Source: Chiloscyllium plagiosum (Eukaryota). From it: a stretch of DNA of 64,000 nt. Position numbers and translations under genes: made by a program. Every line of letters starts with the position of its first letter. Position 1 is the first letter of the stretch. The DNA lies in assembly GCF_004010195.1 (NCBI RefSeq), contig NC_057718.1, forward strand, positions 32,318,791 to 32,382,790. Direction: 5' to 3'. Under the pieces are notes generated by a model. The model had not been told where the DNA came from. It did no database searches and was given only the letters and a program-made list of their open reading frames with translations. Positions 39,787 through 52,496 of this stretch are shown here, piece by piece.

Positions 39787-41292
39787 TGATGTGGAGGAGC
39801 CGGTGTTGGACTGGGTGGACAAACACCCCCCCCACCCCCACCGGTTATAATCCAACAGGTTTATTTGGAAGTACAAATATACTTCTTTCATCAGGTAGCT
39901 AGTGGAGAAGGATTATAGGACACAGAATTTATAGCAAAAGATAATAATGTCATACAACTGATGCAATATATTGAACAAGCCTAGATTGATGTTAAGTTTT
40001 TCATATTTTAAACTGTGTTGCAGGTTTTGATTCATTAATATGTAAATCCCAGAACTTCTTTCGAGGATGTACATGTATTTGGAAAGGCAAGGACTGATTA
40101 GGGATAGTCAACATGGCTTTGTGCGTGGGAAATCATGTCTCACAATCTTGATTGAGTTTTTGGAGAAAGTAACAAAGAGGATTGATGAGGGCAGAGTGGT
40201 AGATGTGATCTATATGGACTTCATTAAGGCGTTCGACAAGGGAGACTGATTAGGAATGTTAGATCTCACGGAATACAGGGAGAACTAGCCATTTGGATAC
40301 AAAACTGGCTCAAAGGTAGAAAAGGGTGGTGGTGGAGGGTTGTTTTTCAGACTGGAGGTCTGTGACCAGTGGAGTGCCACAAGGATTGGTGCTGGGTCCT
40401 CTACTTTTTGTCATTTACATAAACGACTTGGATGTGAGCATAAGAGGTACAGTTACTAAGTTTGCAGATGACACCAAAATTGGAGGTGTAGTGGACAGGG
40501 AAGAGGATTACCTCAGATTACAAAAGAATCTCGACCAGATGGACCAATGGGCAGAGAAGTGCGATTCAGATAAATGCAAGGTGCTGCATTTTGAGAAAGC
40601 AAATCATAACAGGGTGTATATACTTAATGGTAAGGTCCTGGGGAGTGTTGCTGAACAAAAAGACCTTGGAGTGCAGGTTCATAGCTCCTTGAAAGTGAAG
40701 TTGCAGGTAGGTAGAATAGTGCAGAAGGCGTTTAGTATGTTTTCTTTTATTGGTCAGATTATTGAGTACAGGAGTTGGGAGGTCATGTTGCGGCTGTACA
40801 GGACATTGGTTAGGCCACTGTTGGAATATTGCATGCAATTCTGGTCTCCTTCCTATCGGAAAGATGTTGTGAAATTTGAAAGGGTTCATAAAAGATTTAC
40901 AAGGATGTTGCCAGGGTTGGAGGATCTGAGCTACAGGGAGAGGCTGAACAGGCTGGTGCTGTTTTCCCTGGACCGTCGGAGGCTGAGGGGTGACCTTATA
41001 GAGGTTTACAAAATATGAGGGGCATGGATACGATAAATAGGCAAAGTCTTTTCCCTGGGATCGGGGAGTCCAGAACTAGAGGGCATAGGTTTAGGGTGAG
41101 AGGGGAAAGATATAAACAGGGTGGATGGGTTTATGAATGGGAAAGGTTTGGAGGGATATGGGCCGGGTGTTAGCAGGTGGGACTAGATTGGGTTGGGATA
41201 TCTGGTCGGCATGGACAGGTTGGACCAAAGGATCAGTTTCCATGCTGTACATCTCTATGACTCTCTGACTCTAAGTCACATTCCTGAGATAA
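39787..41292 (-). mobile_element. PLE family A end, itself split by a CR1
   Basis: gatgtggaggagccggtgttggactggg terminus and gacacagaatttatagcaaaa are shared with the 46038 and 53395 copies. Confidence 0.7.
40063..41273 (+). mobile_element. CR1/HER1 LINE 3' fragment, young, with 230-aa RT remnant ORF
   Basis: [50 protein letters not shown]; tail tctctatgactctctgactct. Confidence 0.95.
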
Positions 41293-42094
41293 CGTGTAGT
41301 ACGTAATAGCAGACTATGTGATAACATGGCCTTGTGTGTGGGGTGAGAGCTAGGACATGGGAGAGTTTAAAGCCCTAAAGTTATTGAACTTAATATTGAG
41401 TCTGGGGAGCTGCAGGGTACCCAAACAGAAAGTGAGGTGTTGTTCTTCCAGCTTTTGCTGAGCTTCATTGCAGCACTGCAGCAAGGCTGAGACAGAGATG
41501 TTGGCCATGGAACTACATAAAACAGGCAGAATGTAGGTGTTCTGTGAAGTGGTCACCCAGTCTATGCTTTGTTTCTCCAATGTAGAGGAGACCATATTGT
41601 GAGCAGTGAATGCAGCAGACTAGATTGTGAGAAATGCAGGTAAGGTGTTGCTTCACCTGGAAAGTATATTTGACCCTTGGATACTGAGGAAGGTGCCATG
41701 GCGTTGTGGGGGGTGTTGGGATTGAAGGAAGAGTGGACCAGGGTGTCCCAGAGGGAATGGGTCCCTGTGAAAGTTGAACAAGGGAGGAGAGGGGAATATG
41801 TGTCTGGTGGTGGCAACTTGCTGGAGGTGGCGAAAATGACGCTGATGATCTTCTGGATGTGGATACTGGTGGGATTTAGTCATTTATGCTATTTACTTGG
41901 CTCCTTCTTTCTTGGGGAAGGTCACTGATAACCATTTCACTTCTGTTCATTTGCTGAATAAATATTGAATTGTCTCTATCAAAATGATGGGTGTCATCTT
42001 CAAAGTACCAATTCTGTTCCAGCTTTCATTTTTGCTTTTAGTTTAAAACAAAATTGTTGCTCCAAAGCCAGACAAATCCCACATTTATTAATGA

Positions 42095-42274
<180 letters not shown>

Positions 42275-43029
42275 TGAAAAATATGCACCTTGAATGTGTG
42301 ACTGAATGAGGAATAATGCACTGTCACATTACAATACTTTGTATGACTGAGATCAAGTTCCTCAAAACATCAAAAACAGTTATAAAGTAGATATCACAAA
42401 TATCTAAAAAAATCTTCCAATTTGATCCCTGATCTCTGCTATTCTACCTGATTTCCTCTGGGGTGGCACTACCCTACTTGGTTGAGGTGCAGCCAGAGGC
42501 AATATGGTTTGGTGGGAGGGGGAGGCTGGGGATGGTGGTTGCACATCTTTTCCTGACTTCTCTTATTGAACCATTCGTCAGTGTGAGAGAGCCATTTCCC
42601 CTTTCCACACTTGGGTTGGAATCTTGCTGGTGTGCAAACACAGTTCCATAGCTGTTAGCATTTCTCATGCAATACACATTTTGCAGCTCATTTTGTATGT
42701 GTGCATGAGGAGTGGGGCAAATCTTATTGTCAGAGCAGAGCAGGCAGGAGATCATTGCCCAGACCCCACTCCAACCTCTGTGAACTTACAGGGTTGAAGG
42801 TCCTGACACTATATTCAGAGGGCACCCAGCTAGATGTTTATTTTCTGCAAAACAGGAGCATCTGTTGAATTGGTTGCCTACAGATGAACATCCTGGTCTT
42901 TCCACCATTCCCCTTCCCCATTCAGCCTGCCTTCCTTTCCCATACAGGCTTCCACACTTGGCCAGCTACCTTATGCATTCCCATTATGATCTAGCCTTCT
43001 GCCCTCAGTCAGTCTGTGTCTTGTCAGAG

Positions 43030-43250
43030 TACTGGGTTAATGGAAAGGGTCTTGGTAGTGTGGATGAACAGAGAGATCTTGGTGTCTATGTACAGAGATC
43101 CCTGAGAGTTGCCACCCAGGTTGACAGGATTAGATTAGATTCCCTACAGTATGGAAACAGGCCCTTCGGCCCAACAAGTCCACACCGACCCACCGAAGAG
43201 TAACCCACCCAGATCCAATTCCCTCTGACTAACGCACCTAACACTATGTA
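43030..43250. mobile_element. Short CR1 fragment (+, 43030-43128) abutting an HE1 SINE 3' fragment (-, 43128-43250)
   Basis: NGKGLGSVDEQRDLGVYVQRSLRVATQVDR, then gattagattagattccctacag (reverse of the SINE tail). Confidence 0.8.
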
Positions 43251-44973
43251 ATGTTCTATGTTCTTTTGCAAGTATATGCATCCCAGGAATACTCTTTAAT
43301 AGGCAAAGTCACCATAATTAGGTGCCAATTCCAAATTAAGTTCTCTGCTAGTGAGAAATACTTGCCTTTGAATCCCAAATTCATAAAAGAGGCATGCAGG
43401 TACTGTACTGCTGTGCTTTGGAGTGAATAGCTACAGTTGTGTCCTCTTTGGGGAGCGTTCTTCCCAACTACAAAATAAAGGACCCCAGCACTCTTTCCCA
43501 GTCATTAGTTACTGTTCGTAATGCCTTCATTCTGAAACTCATCTTCCTTCACCTGCCATTAATGAAGCTCTCATGGATGGAACTTCTTCATTTTCTGGAG
43601 AATAATCTGAAGGACTTAACTATTGAATATTGCTCTCTTGATCGTTTGAAAAATCGGCTTGAGAAATTGTTTCGCAGTTTACCGTGAGACAGAGAGTGTA
43701 TCAGTCTTTCTTATTGGGTACTGGAAGTTACAGCACTCGAACAAAAGACAAACTACTGTGGATAAAGAAGCCTCCTTTCATTTGATTTAAAAATTATGTA
43801 GAATTGTATTCTTGTAGTCGAGTCTAGAGAGGCCAACGTGGGAAGGCAGAAAAAGCAGCAAAGCATTGCTGCTGCAGGGACCATCAGTGCAGATCACCAG
43901 TTTTCATGAGCCTTCACTCCTGCTGAGGTAGCAACACCTTGGACTGAGAACTGGAACTAAAACTGGGCGTGTGCCAATGGCGAAACTGCAAATAAAGAAG
44001 AATGGTGGGTATGGAAGAAATTTTCTTCCTCCAGTACACAAGGAGTTAATGGAGTTAAAAACCACAGCTTTAAGTGATTTTTTTTTCCTGTTGTTTTGTA
44101 TGATCGCTATTTTCCCATGGCCTTGAGACAGAATGTATTTCGGATCTCCCTTAAACCATTCAGCTCTGCTCCTTGTCCTGTTTTGTTTTGCTCCATTGCT
44201 GCCAATCTTATAACCTTTTGAATGACGGCCAATTGTCTTTGTATCTACCTTCACTGAAATAGATGGAAACAAAATCTCATATTGTCAGCAGAACTTAATA
44301 TGATAAATAAATTAATATTAATGGTCATTTCTTAAAACTTCTTTTGTATTTCTGTTGATTGTTGTGTGACCATTCATCAAGGATGGAAATGGAACAAGGG
44401 TCGGATTTAAGAATGTTACAAAGAAAATTTGTTAGCAGAACAAGATTGAGATTTATACATACTTAATGACAACCAGAGCAATTTCAATCTCACATTCAAT
44501 AAACTTAACTGTGTGTCTGAAGCTCATTCTTGTCTGGTACAATTTCACAGTGAAGCTAGTAACATACTTATCCAATGCCTTAAGCATTAACAAAGCAAAT
44601 GTCGCAAAATAAAATCATGTTTCATGCTTTTCTGGCAGATCTCCAATTCTTCTCCTTCCTCCCTTGTACTCCCTCCCAGTGTGTGGTCTCTGAGTTTAAC
44701 AACCATTATTATCCTGAACATGATATCGAGTAAATGATTCTTTCATTTAAGTGACCCCTTGATAGACCTTCATTTTCCTTGGTATCTCCATGTTGCCTGT
44801 TTGCAAGCAGGTTCTGCATTATTAAGAGCTAATCAGCCATTACGTCGCCAATGCGGGACTGGCATTGTACATCAGCTGGAAGGTTGGCATTGGGCAGAAA
44901 TCGTAGGATAGAAACATAAACACCAGAGCAGTCTTGATGAATGTGAGAAGGTGACTTGGTAGTTAGCAGTGCT

Positions 44974-45317
44974 GGGGCAGCACGGTGGCTCAGTGGTTAG
45001 CACTGCTGACTCACTGTGCCAGGGACTCAGGTTCGATTCCAGCCTTGGGTGACTGTCTGTGTGGAGTTTTTCTCCATATCTGTGTCTCCATATCTGCGTA
45101 TGTTTCCTCCGGGTGTTCCGGTTTCCTCCTACAGTCTAAAGATGTGCACATTAGGTGAATTGGCCATGCTGAATTGCCCGTAGTGTTCAGGGATGTGTAG
45201 GTTAGGTACATCAATCGGGGTAAGTGCAGAGTAACGGGGACTGGGTTTGGGTGGGGTACTCTTTAGAGGTTCGGTGTCGAGTTGAAGGGCATATTTCCAC
45301 ACTGTAGGGATTCTAAG
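44974..45317 (+). mobile_element. HE1-like V-SINE
   Basis: ggggcagcacggtggctcagtggttagcactgctg...caggttcgattcc...ttccacactgtagggattct. Confidence 0.92.
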
Positions 45318-46037
45318 TGACTATTTGCATGCACTATGGACATAGAGTTCAAGTGTCTTCCCTCCCCCGCCACCAACACCACCATCACCACTACCCATAC
45401 AACCATACATTACCTCCTACCTGATTGCCACAGGCCTTTCCCTTGGGTGCCCTGCAATGGCCTCCTGCCACCTAAATTTCTTTTTTCACCTATCAGCCAA
45501 GGTCAATATTCAGGAGAGATTCTTTCCTGAGTTAATTCTGTTAAAATCTGGACTTGCAACTCTAAACAAGGTCAGGACAGAAACAGTGAATGAAAAGATC
45601 CTCAGCACAGCTTTGGCTTGTTCCATCCAAGGTGAAGGGAAGTGTGTGGCAAGATTACTGGGCTGGGCAGGAGCATCTGCTATGTGCTGCTGGAAAACCT
45701 CTGGACAATTCTTGCCAGAGTTAGTAAGAGTTCCATTAAGACACAGGAAAAGTTTCAAAAACATCAGTAGTCAAAGTTTATTGTTCATTGGCATGAGCTG
45801 AAGACCAGTAAGCTCCACTGGGAGCTGAAGAAATAACAAATTTACTTGATCATTAGATACTTTGTACATTTCTCTTGTGACCTCAAAGTGGCAGGATGCT
45901 GTAATTTTTCCCGGCCTATGAAAGACTTGAATGGCACAAAGCAATTTTACAAGTAACCCCATCTCCATAATTTGATCATTGATGCCAAACAATGCTGGCA
46001 GATAGGATTCCCTTTGAGTAGGGCTTGAATTTCCTTG

Positions 46038-46516
46038 ATTTGGAGGAGCTGGTGTTGGACTGCACTGGACAAAGATAAAAATCACACAACACCAGGTTAT
46101 AGTGCAACAGGTTTATTTGGAAGCACTTGCTTTCGAGCGCTGCTGTACAAGGTGGTTGTCGAACATGACCATACGACACAGAATTTATAGCAAAAAGGTT
46201 ACCATGTCATGGATTTCCAATGATATATTTAACAACTTTAGCTAAAAATCGCACCTCACCAGGTTATAGTTCTTAAGCAAATTTGGATTAAGTCTTTCAT
46301 CTTTTAGAATGGGTTATGGTGGTTTAGGTTCTTTAATACCTAAGTCCCAGAATTACATATATCATTCCAACTCAATGACACTGTAATCCTTTTGCTATAA
46401 ATTCTGTGTCGTATGGTCATGTTCCACAACCACATGATGAAGAGGCAGCACCTTGAAAGCTAGTGCTTCCAAATAAACCGGTTGGACTATAACCTGGTGT
46501 TGTATGATTTTTAACT
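46038..46516 (-). mobile_element. Penelope-like end, family A, fold-back copy
   Basis: Inverted arms of ~150 bp; TSD ttgaatt(t/a)ccttg at 46025-46037 and 46517-46529. Confidence 0.85.
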
Positions 46517-47309
46517 TTGAATTACCTTGTTCTTGTTTTGCAGGCATTTTGCGAATGAACCAAGACCTAACTTCAAGGACCTGTGTTGGGTTCAGTCTTG
46601 CTTCAGCCTTCTCAGTGATAGGCTCCTTACATCGATAAACGTGTGGCTAATGCCTGCTTTTGAGCCTGACAGAACTTGTTCTGCAACAAGTGGGATAGGT
46701 GGCAGACACTAACAGAATGTCACTTCTATGCAATTCCACCTGTGAAGCCAGGAGGAGCAAAAGGCTTCCCAGACTATTAGCATTTGCCTGCACCCCTTCA
46801 TCAGTTTTCACAACTCCTGCTCTGAGATTTGCCTTTAGGCATTTGCTAGCAAGGCAAGCCATTCATTATTTGCACAGTCAGAGCTATTTCATTTATTTTC
46901 AATTATCGTTCATTTAGGATACAAACGAATTGTGCAAATATACAGTGTTCTTCATTTCAAGATACAAAACTAAGACCATTTCAGGCAGTTATGCAACATA
47001 TGCAAAGCTCTTTAGAACCTTTTAACACACCCAGAAATTAAGTTACAACAACAGTGAAGATATGGTTTACTCTGTGAGGAAATGAAAGCATTGGTCAGCC
47101 TGCTCTGCTTTGCATTTCAGGTTTTTGATGAATATAGTGAAATAGATTGAATATACATGTCATTTACAATGAAACAATCTCAAAATTATTTTGTAGCAAC
47201 TTTATCAAATGTAAGCGAACTGCGTCTTCACTCTGTGGAGTGCTGCTGGAGCAGTTTTCGAGCATGGTGTAATCAGAATGTTTGTTAAGTGGCTTTCTTC
47301 TCTCTTCAG

Positions 47310-47406
47310 TTGAACACAGGTCAGGATCCACAGCAATCGATCCCTGGAGCGGCACCATCAGAAGAAGACAGATCGAAATCAGCACCAACATCCCCATGTG
47401 ATCAGG
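47310..47406 (+). CDS. PRKCE: PKC epsilon coding exon (exon 8 equivalent), V3 hinge
   Basis: Acceptor tctcttcag|, donor |gtaag, 97 nt. Encodes LNTGQDPQQSIPGAAPSEEDRSKSAPTSPCDQ, with the epsilon-specific RSKSAPTSP motif. Confidence 0.97.
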
Positions 47407-47505
47407 GTAAGATCAGCAAATTGTCGAACCATTTATTGTTCAGCTTCCTCTCCTCTCCCCACACCATTTCTTCCACTTTATTGTGGAATCATTAGCATCA
47501 TTGAC

Positions 47506-47812
47506 ATGGTAGCTCAGTGATTAGCAGTGCTGCCTCACAGTGCTAGGGACCAGGGTTCAATCCCACCCTCCACAACTGTCTGTCTGTGTGGAATTTGCAC
47601 ATTCTCTGCGGTTCTGCATGCATGGGTTTCCTCTCACATTTGAATGATGTGGAGGTTAGTGGATTGGCTGTGATAAATTGCCCATAATGTGCAGACTAGG
47701 TGAATTAGCTATGGGAATTGTAGGGTTATAGATTAGGGGTTTGGCTTTTATTTTATTTGGCTGTTCAGAGGGGTGGTGTGGACTCGAATAGCCTGATTCC
47801 ACAATGCAGATT
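47506..47812 (+). mobile_element. HE1-like SINE (decayed)
   Basis: atggtagctcagtgattagcagtgctgcctcacag...gggttcaatccc. Confidence 0.85.
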
Positions 47813-48464
47813 GGATTGTTCATCATTTTCAGAATGGAAAATACCCCCAATATTTTTAGGCATTGCCATGGTCTAGTGAGTAAAGCAGTCAAAGAAAGAG
47901 GTGCTTTTATTTTCTTTCTCTCCTCCCCATAAGGAAAGATTTTGGTTACCTACACTTTGTGTAAATATAGACAGAAGCAGTGTCTCCTTCAGTTGCTGAC
48001 CTGAGAACTGACCACACTCCTTCAGTTGAAACTTAGACAGCTCACATTTCCCTGATGGTTTCTGCTGGAACCACGTGCACTGCTGTTTAAGCATAAAGAG
48101 ACTCCTCCAAAGTAACTGTATGTGGCTAACAAAGAACTCAATTACCAAGAACTGTGACTAGTTCAGTGTATGTTTGGTGTATTTTAAATAAAGAATATTC
48201 TGCTTATTTTTGGAACTTGAGGTTTTCTAATTTGCTCATCAATGTTTATGTTTGGATTGTTCATGAAGCCATGCAATGCATCTTCTTGAATTCCCCCATC
48301 ACTCAATATGTGAATGTCTTGTCCAATATGATGCTGTTCTGATATTCAGTCCTGAATCTGCAGAGAGTTAACTTTTTATATCAGTGATGGGTTCTACACT
48401 TTAGCTCAGTGCCACTGGGCCAGGAACAGGAGGGATGAAACAAGATGTCTAATTCAAACTAAAA

Positions 48465-48652
48465 CAAAACAAATAAGTGTGGTTGCTGAAGATCGGAAGC
48501 AGAAATAGAAATTGCTGGAGAAACTCAGCATGTCTGTCAGCATCCGCGGACAGAAAGCCGAGTTAACACTTCAAGTCATTAATTCTGCCTTCTTCCCACA
48601 GATGCTGCCAGACCCGCTGAGTTTCTCCAACAATTTCAGTTTCTGGTTCAGG
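48465..48652. mobile_element. Penelope-like end, family C, short fold-back
   Basis: aaattgctggagaaactcagcatgtctgtcagcatc is inverted against gatgctgccagacccgctgagtttctccaacaattt. Confidence 0.75.
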
Positions 48653-51574
48653 ATGTCTAATTCACCTGGATCAGGATGTAGTGGCCCTCTTATTTGCATG
48701 TGATGTTCCCGTCTGAGAATGTGTATGTGTTGGACAAGGCTCCAGAAGCATTGCACCATAACACAAGTCTTTCACCATATCTGTTTGTTTGAGTATTCAC
48801 TCTTGGGAAGTGGGGGCTGCTGACAAGGCCAGTGTTTATTGTCCATCTAATTTGCCTCTTCAAAAGGTCCTTCTTGAACTGCAACAGTCCATGTGATGAA
48901 GATACTTGTACCTTCCATTTAGATGGGACATTCAAGAATCTTTATCTTGCAGTGATTGTTGTACTGTAAATGTGTCCAGGCAAGGTTAATCCTGAGGAAT
49001 ACCATACGCACCATGCACTGTAATGATGCCATAAAGCCTACAGTTTTAGATGTGAATGGAGTAAAACCTAATATCTGGTCCTCTTCAGAATCAGCAACAA
49101 TGTAACCTGCAACTAGTTGCTAACATACATTAAACTGTATCTTGTTAACGGCAAGAAACAATGCTAGTTACAACAGGAAGTGGTTTTCCTCTGCCATATA
49201 AGACCAAGAAGTGCCTCTAGTTTCCTGCATTTAAAGAGGATGGAGGCAGCAACTTTCACATGATCACAGCATTTCCAATGTAGTGAGCTGACATGCCCAT
49301 TCAAGAAGGTATGGGAAGGGAGCTGGTGCAAGTCATTACAGTGTCAGAGTTGTACATCAATGTTATCTGCCATCATGTAAAATGTAAATACCCAATTGGC
49401 CAATCCCTACAGTACGTACCTGATCTTAGCTATTGGCTGCTGATTGGGGCAAAACGTGAGATGCATTAACCTGCAGACGAGAGACCTTCGGCCCCTTTAG
49501 GCTCTCTCTCAGAAGATTTGACAACGGGATTCAAAGTTAAGGACTGGATGTTACATTTCTTGATGAGGTGAGGGAGGCAGAATGAAAACTCATGGTCCAC
49601 CTGCTCCTGCTCCCATCCCTGCCATCTCCTTGTGTCCAGACAAGCCTATGAGATGGCCTATTAATGGCTATCTGGTGGGAACGATTATAGGTGCTTCCTG
49701 ATCACAAATGCTTCCCTTTGCTCCCTTCCAACCTTGCAGTTATTATCAGGGATAATTTTTTTTGCCTATGTTTAGAAACCATAATATACTCAGTACCTGA
49801 TATTGGGGCATCGTATAACAAAGGACTGGTGCCATGGTTGTGGCTTGAATTGTAAAGGCTCCCTGCTCTCAGAAGCAGTCTTTATTATTCAGTGAAGACA
49901 TAACATATTTTTAAAAAGATAATTTATACGAATGCACCAATTTTCCTACAAGAATCTGCTAGTACATTCAACCATAGCCTGAGGTAGATCTGTTCAATGG
50001 TCCTTCAGCCTCTACATTATGGCTGATATAAAGGACTCGGTGATATTGTGATGGCTGATATAAAGGACTCTAAGTTTCTAAAACATCCAACACCCACAAA
50101 ATGCAGCAGGTAATGAACACCTGCATATGGTTGAATTGTTAACAATGACTTGTTAATTAATGTTTTCAGAGCGGTGAGCAGGCTGCTGTTTTCAGTTCCT
50201 ATGCATGTTACATATTACTGGACAGTGGCCTGAAGGTGTTGGAAATTTCTGCCAGCACCTGAGGAGATGGTGCAGCACACCCAACTTGGGAAGTTCAAAT
50301 CCAGTCCAGAGTTTTAATGTAGTAAATTGTAAAGATCTGATTCCATTGCCCTGCATGTCAAAAACAGTAGCGCCTCAAATTAAGGCAAATAACAAAAAAA
50401 ATTAACCATACATTTTTGCACATGTAGTGTAAAATCAGAATTTGTAATATATTAAAGAAGAGAAAGGGATGTATATTTGTACCAGAAGTGATCCAGAAAA
50501 GGACAGGAAAAAGGAAGAGAAAAAAGTTAAATTGGTTGTTCTGCACAGCTCTAATGGACTAAATAACCTCCTTCTGAATGGTAAAATACTATGAATTGAA
50601 TTTAATGGGGCATTGTTGTCCTAGTTCATCTAGTAAAATTGTCAGGGAAGCCCAGCCTTACGTGAGACATTGTCCTGCTGCTATTTAATGGATGATTGGA
50701 TCTCAACCACTCAGCATCAGGGCGTCCTGTCTCAGAGCGCTGGCAAGTCAGTGGCCGGAGGAGGAGGGGGTGTCGGTGCTGCAGTGAGGCTGAGGGGAGG
50801 GCGAGCTACCCTAGTGCTGGGAACGGAGTCGAAGCTGTAAGCTTGTCAGGACCAAGCTGAAAAGCCCCGGGGAGTTGTGGCAGAGGGAGGCCTGCAGGCT
50901 GAGAGCTAGATCTTACAGGGACAGTGTCTCTGATGGACACTGGAGATTCCTCCCCCTTGTCCCAATGCCGCCTTAAGGTGAGAAAGCAACTGTCCTGCAT
51001 GCTTGGGGTAGGCCCATCCCGACGTGGATTAAAACCCTCCATTGGGATGAAACCCTTAAATGGGTATTAATTGCTCTCCCCAGCCTCTGGTAAAGTTGCT
51101 GTGGGCAAGGAGCAGGTTTGTAGACAGCAGGCACAGCACCGATGGTATTTTATAAGGGCCCCCCCCCTTTCCCCCCAGCCCTTTAGTCTGCAGACGTTCT
51201 GCTGGAGTGGGGTTGGTAGAGGGGTGGCATATTATCTAGCCCTATGATTCTCAAACAATCACCGGTACATCTCACCCACATCACAACCAATCGCAGTGGT
51301 ATTCCCTGGAGTGCAGCAGTAAGCTCCATGCCTTCATTATGTAAGAAAAATGCTTCATTAGAGGATAAAGAACTTCTAGTCTCTCCCTTGTATCTCAATG
51401 GTGCATTATAAATGTATGTTGCTTTCTCATGTTTAGAGTGGTGTGTATCTAAGATTTGAGGGCGGCAGTGGAAGAGGTCAAATTATAAAGAGCTGGTGTT
51501 TTGGTAACAAGTGAAAATTTATTTGGATAACACAAAGTTAAGTCCTACTTCAAATGTCCATTTTGTTCCCTCAG

Positions 51575-51780
51575 AGCTGAAAGAACTTGAAAACAACATT
51601 AGAAAGGCACTTTCATTTGATAATAGAGGAGATGAACACAAAGGAGCAGGAGCAGATACACAAGTGCTAACACCTGGTGAAAATGGGGAAAATGGAGAGC
51701 TGAAACAGTTCCAGAACAAGCATTATAATTTAGAAGACTTCTCCTTCATTAAAGTATTAGGGAAAGGCAGCTTTGGCAAG
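51575..51780 (+). CDS. PRKCE: PKC epsilon coding exon (exon 9 equivalent): hinge and kinase Gly-rich loop
   Basis: Acceptor gttccctcag|, donor |gtgagt, 206 nt. Encodes (E)[18 protein letters not shown]...[12 protein letters not shown]. Confidence 0.98.
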
Positions 51781-51947
51781 GTGAGTGTTGCGCTGTAGGG
51801 AATCACAATATTTGTTTAAATATCATACACATCAAGGAGACATTCTGTCGTATGAATGTTAAGTTTCCCTTCTGTATTTATCCGAGTTACCTTATTCTCA
51901 AGGTATTTTCATTAAAGAAAACTATAAGAACTCTATATCAAAAGTGT

Positions 51948-52085
51948 TAGGCATAGTGGCTCAGTGGTTCGCACTACTGCCTCACAGTAGCAGACACCTG
52001 AATTCGATTCCACCCTCAAGCGACTGTCTGTGTGGAGTTTGCACATTCTCCCTGTGTCTGTGTGGGTTTCCTCATGAGGTAGCTG
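51948..52085 (+). mobile_element. HE1-like SINE 5' half
   Basis: ggcatagtggctcagtggttcgcactactgcctcacag...tgtggagtttgcacattctcc. Confidence 0.85.
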
Positions 52086-52086
52086 T

Positions 52087-52087
<1 letters not shown>

Positions 52088-52122
<35 letters not shown>

Positions 52123-52124
52123 AC
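52088..52124. repeat. (CA)n microsatellite
   Basis: Run of ca dinucleotides with one ta interruption. Confidence 0.97.
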
Positions 52125-52270
52125 GAAAACACCACTTTATTTTATATTCAATAATCCAACTAATCACTGTCAAGCACTCTTTTCATTCCCCCCGCCCCCT
52201 GTACCCCCACCTCCCCATCACTGCTAGGGATCACATCCCATTTGGGAGTGTCATGCGTGGGGATTTCCTA

Positions 52271-52496
52271 GGAGAAAGTGAGGACTGCAGATGCTGGAGA
52301 TTAGAGTCAAGAGTGTGGTGCTGGAAAAGCACAGCAGGTCAGGCAGTATCCAAGGACCAGGAGAGTCGATGTTTCAGGCAAGAGCCTCTCATCAGAAATC
52401 ATATTCCTGATGAGAGACTCTTGCCTGAAACGCCGATTTCTCCTGCTCCTCAGATGCTGCCTGACCTGCTGTGCTTTTCCAGCACCACACTCTCGA
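52271..52496 (-). mobile_element. Penelope-like end, family B, fold-back copy
   Basis: Inverted arms around aaatcatattc; hammerhead-like cores on both strands (about 52365-52398 minus, 52407-52436 plus). Confidence 0.85.

Larger units (their letters stand above)
39455..41875 (-). mobile_element. Penelope-like retroelement (family C) with GIY-YIG endonuclease remnant, split by nested insertions
   Basis: Minus strand 41530-41670 reads KYTFQVKQHLTCISHNLVCCIHCSQYGLLYIGETKHRLGDHFTEHL; 41350-41500 reads LLQCCNEAQQKLEEQHLTFCLGTLQLPRLNIKFNNFR. The 3' end lies at 39455-39786. Confidence 0.85.

Noticed and set aside
40326..41018. 230-aa ORF, the longest in the window, as a host gene
   Set aside because: It is a truncated CR1 reverse-transcriptase fragment with deletions, not a cellular gene.
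44820..44900. CCAAT and CRE-like motifs as an internal promoter
   Set aside because: Short motifs expected by chance; no CpG island or first-exon evidence.
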